Below, one piece after another: positions 1 to 10,765 of a stretch of DNA of 64,000 bases. The position numbers and the translations under genes are program-made. A model generated the notes under the pieces. It saw nothing but the letters and a program-made list of their open reading frames with translations, was not told the origin of the DNA and ran no database searches. The DNA is from Tubulanus polymorphus. Taxonomy: Eukaryota; Animalia; Nemertea. Location: assembly GCF_964204645.1 (NCBI RefSeq), contig NC_134029.1, positions 7,404,850-7,468,849 on the forward strand, in the 5' to 3' direction. The number at the start of each line of letters is the position of its first letter. The first letter of the stretch is position 1.

Positions 1-345
1 TGTAAGATCCAGGGTTGTCCACATTAATTCAGCATATGTTTGATAATCAATTCAGGTGGTTATAAAAATATCTCCGTTACATCCGAAATACAAGGATGGA
101 TTGAGGATTATTTCAAGGGGTGGACCCCTATAATTTAATTTTTCACCTTACTTGAAAAGGGCAGACTTGGCCGTGCAAGTGTTGCAGATCATCATAGGGG
201 GTATGTGGGCCCATCTCCAGGAAACATTTGAAAATCGAGGGTTCATATCAGGGCATCTGGATTTATTTTTCATTTTTTTGGTTAAATTTTCTTAGCTGAA
301 TTTTTGTAGGATTTTGAAGGGGGTGGATGGAATTCCTTTACTGAC

Positions 346-1339
346 CTCTTCAAACAGTTTTCTGTCGGTGACGAGGCGTTTCGAAGCTAACGTTTTGATG
401 ACGTGATAAAAAGTGAGCAGAGCTCGTTGTTGTAGCAGAGCATCGTCGATTTGCACGGCATCGAGTAGAACGGGGATCAATTCCGTCCAGTTTCGCGGAC
501 AGTCGACGCGAGCGATCTTACCGATCAAAACGGACAACTGAGTGGCAATCTGCAACGGATTAAAATTAGGCCGTCAGGTTCAAATCCGAGGGACAATGTC
601 ACTCTGCAGGATAACAATAGGCGTAACAAATTTGTCACTCACTTGATTCACCGGTTCGTTAAAATTCGTGATCAACTGTTGACGTAAAAGAATTTTCTCA
701 GCTTCAGATATCGCACTGAAAAATGTAAGTGATGGTTTAAAATTTTGGTTTTTTTTATACAGAGAAACTCATGAACTTTATACAACAGAAAAATTCAATT
801 GAATCTGACCTCCTGATAAATAACCATGTACTTAAATACAATTTTAGTTGTCACCATGACAGTTATCCAACAATTAATTGTAACCAATTTTTGAGCAACT
901 TTTAATGCTAACACTGATCTGTAAAACTAGATGAGACAAACATTTGGACAATTAATTTTCTTACTTCGGGGCATTTTTTCGCCAGTATCGATCGACTCCA
1001 TTTTTGAAATATAACACGGCTAGCCATCGAACGTTCACATCAATCGAATGATTGGAAAATATTGACTGAAAAATACATTTTTGTTATGAATACACATAGC
1101 TGATATGGCAAGAATTTTTCCATTTTCATTTTAAATTGTGAAACTTTTTCGATTTGAAAACACTGTTAAGATGGTAGACCTAGTCAAGAAACTACTCTTA
1201 CCGCTAAAATGCTATAAAATCCCGGCTTAGTTTCCCATTCTTTGAGCTGAGCCTCTGCAGGTTTAAGCACTTCAGTGCTTTGGCTACAGGCTCTCTGTAA
1301 TGTGTCGAGGACCACAGGTCCCGCAGTCTCAGCATTCAT
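346..1339 (-). CDS. IPO11: Importin-11, N-terminal part (gene continues beyond the left edge of the window)
   Basis: Coding exons 1339-1202, 1065-965, 715-643, 549-346, all GT-AG with consistent phase. Translation MNAETAGPVVLDTLQRACSQSTEVLKPAEAQLKEWETKPGFYSILA-SIFSNHSIDVNVRWLAVLYFKNGVDRYWRKNAPN-...-IATQLSVLIGKIARVDCPRNWTELIPVLL...TLASKRL matches the importin-beta N-terminal (IBN_N) region of importin-11. An acceptor at 1350/1349 just before the ATG implies a non-coding first exon. Confidence 0.93.
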
Positions 1340-2479
1340 TTGTCAGCTCCTGTAAAAAATTCAGCGAATTAGATTATTGCAACAGTCAAGTTGCTAAATG
1401 AATGCGGTTTTCTCATCCACAGGGGCTCAACACTGAATTTTGAACCTCAGCTTATTAATTATGAAAGAGACCCTAACTAATATTAGCTATATAACTAGTG
1501 GCGTTTGTGATGTACAAAATCTTGCACCCGGGCAGCGACCCCTGGTTCACGCAAGCTAGTACACACAGTATACGGAGCGCCGCAAACCGGCCACTTTCAG
1601 GACCGGGTGAAAGCTTAAAAGATTTTAACAAGGTCAATGTTGTTCAACTATCAGTCTCGACCAACAATTAACCATTTTTTGTTCCAACGACCAAGGTTTA
1701 ACACAGCACAATACCAAATTTCTATATGAAATCTGTCAATGACTGTAACCAACTGGGCTAAGAGGCTCCACGCATTTACCGCCACCCCCTACTGAAGAAC
1801 CAGCGCTCTCCCTGATAATTCAAGTGCCTGACGTCTCAGATCAGATACAGATCTTGTGATAACCACCGGCATTAGGTTCGTTCTTTTGTGAAGCACGTAG
1901 GCCTACTTCATGAATCGAGATGATCAATGGCAACATAGTTCGTCTGTCGAGAGGATTTTTGGATGGGACAACTCTTTTTCGTAAAACGTGACACCGCAAA
2001 AGTGTTTGGACCCTTTTTCTAGTCTGTTTCCCTCACTTGTCTTCTCATTTTAATTTCCACAACTAAGCCGAAAGCGGGAACACTTAGAAGACAATACAAC
2101 AGGAAAGAACAGGTTATGGGCTAAATATGCGCCGAATCCTCACGTTTGACGATGATCGAGTCCTTTAAATCGGGGGCTCAATAAGGACCGCACACAGAAA
2201 ACACCAACACCAACGAAATAGGTCACGTCGAGTCTGGACGCATTACACGCGCGACCGTCAAGTGTCGCCCTCTATCAGTGTCCCGTTTCCACGCAATGTC
2301 TAGGCGTGTTTGGGTTATTCTTTTGCAACGATGCGATTATGATTTTGCTGAATATCCACATGGTAGCTATGGACGTTCGGATTCTCACCGAATTATTCCG
2401 ATAATCGTGGAAATCAAATTTGATAGGGCACCGCCGCATTGAATTTCTGGTACAGCCGGTAGTAAACAATTTTATTAAA

Positions 2480-2707
2480 TAACCAATTCAATTCAATAAA
2501 TATTTATTGCTTTTTAGTAGTGTGTACAAAACTATATGGAGCAGCGATAGAATTTATCTAGCTGGCCAAGAAATTCCATGGTAAGCGCCTGCAGATATTC
2601 ATCTTATTGTAAGATATTCAATCATTTATTCATCATGATCACTTAAAGTTATTCAACAACCTGGACTGGAGAGGAAGCAGCATCCTCCCTCGGCAGGGAT
2701 TCGAACA
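2480..2707 (-). mobile_element. Probable tRNA-derived SINE fragment with LINE-like tail in the D2HGDH 3' UTR
   Basis: On the minus strand, a B-box-like GTTCGAATCCC starts a few nt after the stop codon; further on are a small stem-loop (cagctagataa...tatcgctg) and AATAAA followed by an ATTGAATTGAATT short-repeat tail. Confidence 0.4.
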
Positions 2708-2714
2708 AAAAAGG

Positions 2715-4322
2715 TTATAAGTCATACGTCGGTAAAGTTTTGTAAGGATTTAAAATGCCGTTCGGGTCGAGCATTTTCTTCATATCCTTCATGAGTTTCA
2801 CGGCGGAATCCGATTTACTGTAGCGGATGTAGTTATTCTTTTTCACGCCGAGCCCGTGTTCGGCGCTAATGCTGCCGTCGTATTTCGAAACGACTTCGAA
2901 CAGAAACGGCTCGATCTCGGCTACGACCGATGAATCGTATTCCTTCGTCGTCAGATTCAAGTGCAAGTTGCCGTCTCCGACGTGGCCGTAACCGACGCAG
3001 ACGTCGACTTTATCTTTCAATTTCGCTCGCATGACCTCGACTGGTTTGTACATATGTTTTAAAGGTAACGACACGTCGTACTTGTACGAGTAACCGGCGT
3101 GTCGCTGCGCTTCTGCTAACCTTTCGCGAACGGACCAAATATTCTTCATTTTAGATTCGTCCGCGGCGATGGTGCCGTCCGAAACGATCTCCGCGGATAA
3201 AAGTTCCTCTAAAAACGCCGTTAGCTTTTCTTCGTTGTGGTTCGCGTTCGAGCCGGACACTTCCAACAAAACGTAAAACCGGTTACGGGAAATCGGATTT
3301 CGCAAGTTCAGCTGGTTTTGGACTAATGAAAGGGCTTGCATATCGAGGAATTCGAACGCCGATAGAATGTCCGCTAGCTGTGTCTTAGCGCGCCGAAGGA
3401 TTTGTAGGACGATTTCGAATTCTGCGACGCCTAAAAACGCAACTTGCGTCGATTTTGGCAAAACTGGACACAATATGGCAGCTTTCGTAATAATTCCGAG
3501 GGTCCCTTCGGAACCTACAAATAAATGTTTGAGGTCATAGCCCGTATTATCCTTCCGTAATACCGACATGAAATCCATGACATCCCCATTCGCTAAGACG
3601 ACTTCTAGTCCCAGTAGATTGGCGTGAATCGATCCGTAACGTAAGACTCTCATTCCGCCGGCATTAGTAGCGATATTTCCGCCGATATGACAGCTTCCTT
3701 TAGCTCCTAAGTCCAAAGGCATCATCAGTTCATACGTGGCCAGATGTTGGTTCAACGTTTCTAATATGCAGCCGGCCTCGCAAACCAACGAACCCATAAG
3801 AGGGTCTACGTGCAAGATCTTGTTCATCAATTCCAGACTGACGACTACTTCGTCGAACACAGGGACACTTCCACCGACCAGACTAGTATTACCTCCCTGA
3901 GGAACGACGGCTAACCTATTATCGTTGCAGTATTTCATGATCTCCGACAGCTCGTCGGTTGTTTTCGGTTTCAAAACGACAGGACTCTTCCCTCGGCAGC
4001 TTCGCATCCAATCGATATTGTAAACGTCTAAATCGTGGATATCCGTGAGCACTCTGCCGGAGCATAATACTCTGAAGAACTCGATATCGGCCTCGGATAT
4101 CGATCTGAAATGACCGCGTTTGATTTCAGGCCGCATTTCACTAGTAAAAGGTACGTTATATTGGCTGTTATGCCGACATGCGAGACCAGAACGAATGCCA
4201 TACGCGGTATAATTATTGCAGATAGCTCTACATTGTAGTTTCTGCTGACGAATAGTGTTCGTAGTTCTTCGTATACTCTGCATTAGCAAAGCGACTCTTG
4301 ACTTTTGGGCGTAAGTAATCAT
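2715..4322 (-). CDS. D2HGDH: D-2-hydroxyglutarate dehydrogenase, mitochondrial (FAD-linked oxidase, VAO/PCMH family), single exon
   Basis: Uninterrupted 535-aa ORF with Arg-rich N-terminal presequence-like segment and family motifs PQGGNTSLVGGSVPVFDE, DLGAKGSCHIGGNIATNAGG, KDNTGYDLKHLFVGSEGTLGIIT, YGHVGDGNLHLN, GSISAEHGLG, DPNGILNPYK. Confidence 0.95.
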   Translation of the reverse strand: MITYAQKSRVALLMQSIRRTTNTIRQQKLQCRAICNNYTAYGIRSGLACRHNSQYNVPFTSEMRPEIKRGHFRSISEADIEFFRVLCSGRVLTDIHDLDVYNIDWMRSCRGKSPVVLKPKTTDELSEIMKYCNDNRLAVVPQGGNTSLVGGSVPVFDEVVVSLELMNKILHVDPLMGSLVCEAGCILETLNQHLATYELMMPLDLGAKGSCHIGGNIATNAGGMRVLRYGSIHANLLGLEVVLANGDVMDFMSVLRKDNTGYDLKHLFVGSEGTLGIITKAAILCPVLPKSTQVAFLGVAEFEIVLQILRRAKTQLADILSAFEFLDMQALSLVQNQLNLRNPISRNRFYVLLEVSGSNANHNEEKLTAFLEELLSAEIVSDGTIAADESKMKNIWSVRERLAEAQRHAGYSYKYDVSLPLKHMYKPVEVMRAKLKDKVDVCVGYGHVGDGNLHLNLTTKEYDSSVVAEIEPFLFEVVSKYDGSISAEHGLGVKKNNYIRYSKSDSAVKLMKDMKKMLDPNGILNPYKTLPTYDL

Positions 4323-4411
4323 GATTTAGCCTCAAATAGGTTGCTTACATTGATTTTCTGCGGCGAAATCGGCCTAATGAAGTAATTTTCATCAACTGTG
4401 AGCTGAGCGAA

Positions 4412-4420
4412 CCCGGAAGT
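4412..4420. promoter_or_regulatory. ETS-type motif (CCGGAAGT) in the D2HGDH proximal promoter, part of a divergent D2HGDH / F-box promoter region
   Basis: CCCGGAAGT about 90 bp upstream of the D2HGDH ATG; another CCGGAAG at ~4923 precedes the candidate F-box first exon. Confidence 0.4.
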
Positions 4421-4474
4421 TTTTATTGAACCGCCCTCGTTATCGGACCATGTCGTATGAAAATCTTGATCTTG

Positions 4475-4671
4475 GACCAATTAAATTCAATTCAATATTA
4501 TCCTCGTCAATTGCGACTGCTTGGAATTTCAAAAAGTTTACTGGATGTTCATCACTTCTTTACAATATACCTGTCCTTTTTGATGTAAATTTTGCTTTCC
4601 GTTGAAAATTAACTTGAATTTCAAGCGAGAAACTCACGTTTAACAATATATTCTATTGAATTGAATTGGTC
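4475..4671. mobile_element. Small inverted-repeat element (MITE-like) in the divergent promoter region
   Basis: gaccaatt(aaatt)caattcaata at 4475-4497 is inverse-complementary to tattgaattgaattggtc at 4654-4671. Confidence 0.45.
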
Positions 4672-5566
4672 TAATTGGCGACATGGTGCATATTGCTATG
4701 TCGAAATTTAGAAGTGTCAAATATATTTTTTCCTATGAATATCTTAGTTTTCATTGCATAACCGATGAATACAGCATCCTACATCACTCATTAGCAGGTG
4801 ACACTACCGACTACTACGCCTACTTACGATAGCAAGGATAGGGGAATTATTGATAAGGCTTTTTAATTGCAATCTTGACTTTTGCACTCGTCTGAGGTGT
4901 TTGTGCGTGGGGAAACCCCAACCCGGAAGCAAAATCTACAGGAGCGTGCATCGGAAGTTGTAGGTACTGCAAAAACGATAATGTGTCTATAGTAGATCCT
5001 CTTTTTGCTGTGCCTACAACTCTGACACAAACCCCCTGTGGCTGTGGTAAAATCTAACAAGCCAAAGAATAAAACTGTAAAAATGCAATCAATCTCTCAA
5101 GCCAAGATGCAAGTCCATATGCCCACCCCACCAGAACTTCAGATACACTTTACTTTGGGGTGTAGTCTGGAATAACAGATGATGTACTGGTTCTTATATC
5201 ATCTAAGAACCCACAATAGCGTTTTAATGACAACTATATAATTCTTTTTTCATTGACATTTTGCGTAGAATGCTACTACTCATCTTCAGTTTTATTCCAG
5301 ATAGACGGGTTCCCCTACAAAAACGGCTGATGCCTGCTAGACCATACCTTATAACTGAGGCTGGAGCATATTTTTGACTCCAGCTTTTATACAGTAGATG
5401 GCTATGCCACATAGTGCTCTTTTTTTCGTGAATAGCATATTTAATGAATATTTTCTCTTCCTGCTTGCTGTAGTTATGTTGATAATACCTAATCTGGAAT
5501 GGGCTTTTAAACTTCAGATCATTATGCCTATGCGTGACACTAATCTGATTGTCGATCTTTTTCAGG

Positions 5567-6889
5567 ATGAATTGCGAAGATGTTGACGAAGACGCCGGAG
5601 AACTCTATTCGAACTTGAAACATTTGCCGCCGCCGATTACCGCAAATATTCTGTCCTTTATTCCGTGGCAAGAGAAGATTCAGTTCGTCACCGAAATCCT
5701 GCCTGAATGGAGAACGGGCCTTTACAGCACGGGCGCGTGGACGCACTTCCACATTCCTCACTTCATGCGACGCGGCGGAGAAAGCGACCACGAACACGAA
5801 CTGCGCGAGTGCATCACCGAGTATGGCAAATATATCCAACATTTGACAGTGGCGCTCGTCGCGTTCAACTACAACCTCGACGACGTGAACATCCAACTGC
5901 TCGAGCATATCGCCAAGTGCTGTCGCAGTTTGCGAACTTTCCGCGTCGACCATCCATCGTCGGTTAGGTTCTACATGCAAGACGTGTTGCATCGTTACGC
6001 GAAGTTGCTGCATGATATCGCTGAGGTGAACTGTTACCTGCGCTCGGTGGCGCTGTGTGACATTACATACATGCCGTTCGACCGCGCGTTGGGTATGAAC
6101 GAGTTTTTGTCGACATTTCTGCCGTATGACAAACTGACGAATTGCGTGACTAAACTCGAGCTGTGCGACTTCTACGACTACTCGCAGCCGTACGAATCGT
6201 TGTGTCGATTCACGAATCTGAAAATTCTCAAGATTCTCGTCGAGGTGTTGAACACAGACGTCATACTCGGCATGTGCGCGATGTCGCTCGAGCATCTCTA
6301 CATCGTCAACAGCGGTTCGGCGATCAACGAAGAGTTCCGCGAGTCGGAACGCATCGACTGGGCGGCCGTCGCGAAAAAGAACCCGCATTTACGCGTGCAC
6401 TATATCTATCAAGAGCGCACGATCAAAACGGACGACATCGTCGCGAACGAACTAGTGCAGTCGGTCGTGTTGGACAGTTTGTGCAACCCGGTGAACAGCG
6501 AAATCATGTTGACAATTATCTCGAATCAGGGTAAAAATTTGCAGACGTTCGCGCACTTGGACACGTACTGGGATTACAACGCGTACGGCGAGGATTTCGA
6601 CTACGTCGGCTGTTTCTCGTTCATGTCGCGTAGCTGCGAGCGTTTGAAAGCGTTCATATCGACCGTGCGGATGTCGTGTCAGGCGTTGATGGAGATGGCC
6701 GAGTCGACCGCGTTCGAGCGCGTGCTCGTCGTCGCCGAGCAGCTGTTTCTCGATTTCGACTATTGCTGCAGCGAAGATTTGAACATGAAGTATTTTCAGC
6801 GGTTCATGCGCGATTCCGTCGGCTCGGGCTGGGAGTGCGCGTCGCAGAAAGACGTGCGCAGCAAAGTGCGCTTTCTTTACAAACTGTGA
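5567..6889 (+). CDS. F-box/LRR-repeat protein (FBXL3/FBXL8/FBXL21-like), single coding exon
   Basis: ATG at 5567 directly after the acceptor ttttttcag|G. N-terminal F-box-like LKHLPPPITANILSFIPWQEK...W...AW, then degenerate LRRs (YGKYIQHLTV, CCRSLRTFRV, FTNLKILKI, MSLEHLYI) and a DWAAVAKKNPHLRVHY segment typical of this subfamily. Candidate 5' UTR donor at 4964. Confidence 0.75.
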   Translation: MNCEDVDEDAGELYSNLKHLPPPITANILSFIPWQEKIQFVTEILPEWRTGLYSTGAWTHFHIPHFMRRGGESDHEHELRECITEYGKYIQHLTVALVAFNYNLDDVNIQLLEHIAKCCRSLRTFRVDHPSSVRFYMQDVLHRYAKLLHDIAEVNCYLRSVALCDITYMPFDRALGMNEFLSTFLPYDKLTNCVTKLELCDFYDYSQPYESLCRFTNLKILKILVEVLNTDVILGMCAMSLEHLYIVNSGSAINEEFRESERIDWAAVAKKNPHLRVHYIYQERTIKTDDIVANELVQSVVLDSLCNPVNSEIMLTIISNQGKNLQTFAHLDTYWDYNAYGEDFDYVGCFSFMSRSCERLKAFISTVRMSCQALMEMAESTAFERVLVVAEQLFLDFDYCCSEDLNMKYFQRFMRDSVGSGWECASQKDVRSKVRFLYKL

Positions 6890-7769
6890 ATTCATTCCGA
6901 ATTTAGTGTTTTTCAATTTTATCGATTCTAATTGTTTGTTGATTGATAAAGTTTTGTGTTTGAAATAGCAAGATTCAACATGTTAACATGGACATAAGTG
7001 TTAACGTTGTTGGTTTCCACAAGTGACTCACTGTCAGATATCAATAAAGTAGAAATCCACATAAAAATGTAATAAACTAGGAGAGAATCTAAACTTTCGT
7101 TCTGCGTGCCATTTTCAAAATCGTCTCTTAAATGGCTCATTGAATTAAGTCGAAATGTCAGATTCCCTTCTAATTATAGTGTTAACATGTTGAAACGTCG
7201 TGTCGCAATGTAGGTATCAATCTGCAACCTGGTTCTCACCACTCCAGATATTAACCATTGTAATCGCAATGCAAAGTCTTTACAGTCACTTTACGAAAGT
7301 TTGGTGATAAAATGACCAAAATATCTGGTATTTTTAGTTCAAATTAGGTCATTTTCAATTAAAGATTTCACAGATGACGTCTTCAATATTTTCAAAGCCT
7401 GACCGATCAGATATTTGGACGACTGGTTTATGGAATGTCTGAGTGGTGGGTCCAAGCCGCATATTGATATATGCATAATATTGACCTTTAAAATCGTAAG
7501 AACAAATATTCAAGTTTATGTCTTCTTACATACTGTGTTTGAAGTTTAGGGCCCTGTGTGTTGAAGAACAACGTTCAAATTCTTTTGTTGTCTGAAAATG
7601 TTTAATTACTGATACAACCTTAAATTTTGAATATCTATTGGTAGTTTTTCTATGCAGGCTATTGATGCGTTTATCACGACAACTCCCATCTAATTCTCAT
7701 TGGGGGAAAGTTACCCGGTAAACAAACTCTGACGAAAAGCCAACCTTGCAGTTCACTTTTACAAGAATG

Positions 7770-8077
7770 CAGCCCGTAGTCAGCCATGGGGGGTTCGATT
7801 TTCATGAAAAAGGAACTTTTTCCATGAAAGTGAATGTGTTTGTAGTAAGGCACTGGTGCAGTGGAAAAATTTGATGCAAAGAAATTTCACAATTTCTAGC
7901 ATAAAATCTTGCTTCTTTTTCCCACAATTTGGTCTGAAATTTGGGGAAGTGGTGGATATTTTGAACGAAAATGTACGAAGTCTTACTTATGAGAGAATCT
8001 TTTTTGGAATCAATGCTCCGATTTTCTTAAGGCTGACCTTTGTCAATGAGCATCGATGAACCCTAAATACGGGCCTG
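7770..8077. mobile_element. MITE with CAG...CTG termini and 5-bp TSD
   Basis: Termini cagcccgta / tacgggcctg; GAATG directly flanks both ends (7765-7769 and 8078-8082). Confidence 0.6.
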
Positions 8078-8719
8078 GAATGAATCTCTTACAGTAGTAT
8101 TTTAAGGAACCCATTTGTTGATGTTATTATGAAGTTAGTGAAAATTTCTAGTCAATATAATACTCGGCATCAACTGTGGTTGCATAAGCAAATTTCGAGG
8201 AGTTTTCTTACATCCTGAAGCAGCCTATATCATTTTCGAAGCAATATTTGGCAATAAACTGATCATACATCGTATACCGCACATTAACACATGAGGCAGC
8301 TCATCTATAGAGGAAATATAATCTTCAACATTGTTCATTCTACCAATGCAATAGATGTTCGGGTGCCACTCAATGCTCTTTCTGGCTCGTAAAATATTAC
8401 CCTAGGAATGCCGTATATTTTGCTGCATCCACACCTTGATAGAGTGGAACCTGTAGCTATGACGTAAACTTAAATGGTCCTGATTTGAATGTACAATGCA
8501 CAGTTAAATGAACATATTTAACGCGCTGTTGTTTCAGTAAAATCATCGAATTTTGGTAGCAGAGTAAATTAATCGAAAAAGAAACTAATTTGACTCAAGT
8601 TAGGCATTTTTTGAAAATTACTTGAAGCACGGATTATTTTCAAGAAAAAAGTGGGAGGGCAAAGGGAAAAAAATTAGAATAAGAACATTTTTTTTAATAA
8701 GCGTTCAAAATGAAAAGGT

Positions 8720-8806
8720 ACAGGAGAAAAATAAAATGAAACATTTAATTATTATGTGAATATTTTCCACAAAACCTCGGAAGGACTGCCGAAAAACATT
8801 TAAAAG
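8720..8806 (+). repeat. Dispersed repeat, copy 1 (related copy inverted at ~43597-43680)
   Basis: tattttccacaaaacctcggaaggac...aaaaacatttaaaag matches the reverse complement of 43597-43645 (tattttccacataaaacctcggaaggac...aaaaaaatttaaaag). Confidence 0.6.
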
Positions 8807-10650
8807 AAGGAATGAAAATTATGATGAATTTTGATTCAAATGTTGGGAGAAATGAAAAAACTAACTTTTTTGCAAATCACGAGGTTGAAAATTAAGATGA
8901 AAATAACTGTTACAAAATATAAGATGGACATACCTAACGAAAAAAGGAGGACTAAAAAAATAGCAGAATTCTTGGAGGCGGTTCCGTATCCCGAGTAATT
9001 ACAAAAAAATGCGTTAGGGAGAATATTGACGATTGTTGAATTTGATTCTTGAGATGGAAGTAGTAATTTTATTAAAATCACTGGAACTGGGTCGTGTTAA
9101 TGAATCTCCTGTCCTCCTCTCATTGTGATGTGGTTTGTCTTGCGCTACTTTTACTTCTACATAACAATCTGAATGTTTTATCATGGACTCTAAAACGAAG
9201 AGAGTTCGTGGTTTTATGAATGATGAGTATGAGACAATGAAGAGTTATTCCGTATTGCATTCTTCCTCTATATTGTTGTTGTTGTTTAATTCATGAATGT
9301 TATATCGAAATCTTTGACACATTTTATCAATAAATTATTCATAATTCATACTGAGAAGAGAAACGTTCGTTACGTTTTATGGAATTTTACGTTTTTGGAG
9401 GAATGAGCAGGCCAAATGGATCAAACCCATGTCTCAATTCGTGATCTAAGACCGGGAACTTTGATCTTACGTTCTTAGATACGTGTCATCTTAAAATGGG
9501 TGGAAGGATTAATATCGAAACTAATAAGAAAATAACAATAACAGTTGTTTGAATCTTTTGTGAGTTACTCTATTGAGACTGAATAGTCTCAACTATTTAC
9601 AACTTAGATACGTCATCACAAAGGCAACTAGTTGCCTGGATGCGGTCAATTTATCTTAACAACAGTATCCATGAATAAGTTATGTGTCGAATTACGTTGA
9701 TCTGACCACCGGCATACAAGTCGGGCTAGTCTGGAATTAAAAGATCACATTGAGCCGACGACACTTCATCCAAGGTAGGACTATTCTAAGATATCTTGTT
9801 GAACCTATCGTCCTATCGCCCGAACCAAGCAATTTTACATGAACCATTGAATGATAATTTCTATTTGATTGGCAGATTTGATTTGATTTGATTTGGTGGT
9901 CCGTTAACCCACCACACCTGCCACAGACTTTCCACTTATCGGACACAGGTCAAATCCATCCCTCGAAACTCCGATGTTCGAACGCACAAAAAATCCATTG
10001 CGATTTAGATATACATGTAGTTATTAAATATATTATATTCATGAACGATGAATGACGCTGAATCTCGGGATATTATTTCAAGACCAAAACGTCGACAAAT
10101 ACGTAAAACAAGGAAACTTCGAATTGTGGATTATCCTTTTTAGCAGATGATAGTCTGGTTAGCGACAACTGAACTGAACAAAATCACACTTTGTTCATGT
10201 TATATTTTCCGATTAAATTTAGCTGAACGAATGATTGTAAAAATGTTCTATCTTCCGGGAAAAAAAAATTAGTTTTATACTTATTTTTTTCCCAGAGAAT
10301 GTAACATTTTTCCCTAAGAAATACTCGAAAATAATGGAAGTAGATATATAAACTATTTTGCTGTAATAAAGAATGCTTCGAACAAATACATACACTAATA
10401 CCTATCATATGTCGGTGGGAGAACATAATACTAGGAAATGATTCAAATGTAGGGCTACATTACTTTTCTATGAGAAAGATACTTCGCAAAGATTCATATC
10501 CGATAATAATTCGCATACATAATTTTCCTGCTAAAAGTATTCGATAATAAGTTGATCTTTATCTGTTTCTTGATTAACGAATGCGGTTTGATATCACCGA
10601 TCATTGTCGCGCTTTTGAGCGTCGACAACGCTAGCGCCAGAACGCTCTTT

Positions 10651-10686
10651 GTCCCGACTAGCAACGGTTATCGCTTCATTGACAAC
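10651..10686 (+). promoter_or_regulatory. RFX X-box-like half sites upstream of the TEX26-like gene
   Basis: CTAGCAAC and TTGACAAC motifs 80-110 bp upstream of the ATG at 10766; RFX is the established regulator of ciliary genes. Confidence 0.35.
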
Positions 10687-10765
10687 CGTATAATGGCGAC
10701 TTGCAGTACTGCCTAACAGGACTGTCGAAATAAAACACTAAACGGACTAAAGAACTTATATAAGC

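Noticed and set aside
5540-6916. Long antisense and off-frame ORFs (282 aa, 154 aa, 123 aa) overlapping the F-box gene
   Set aside because: Shadow ORFs expected from GC3-rich codon usage of the real gene; no recognisable domain.
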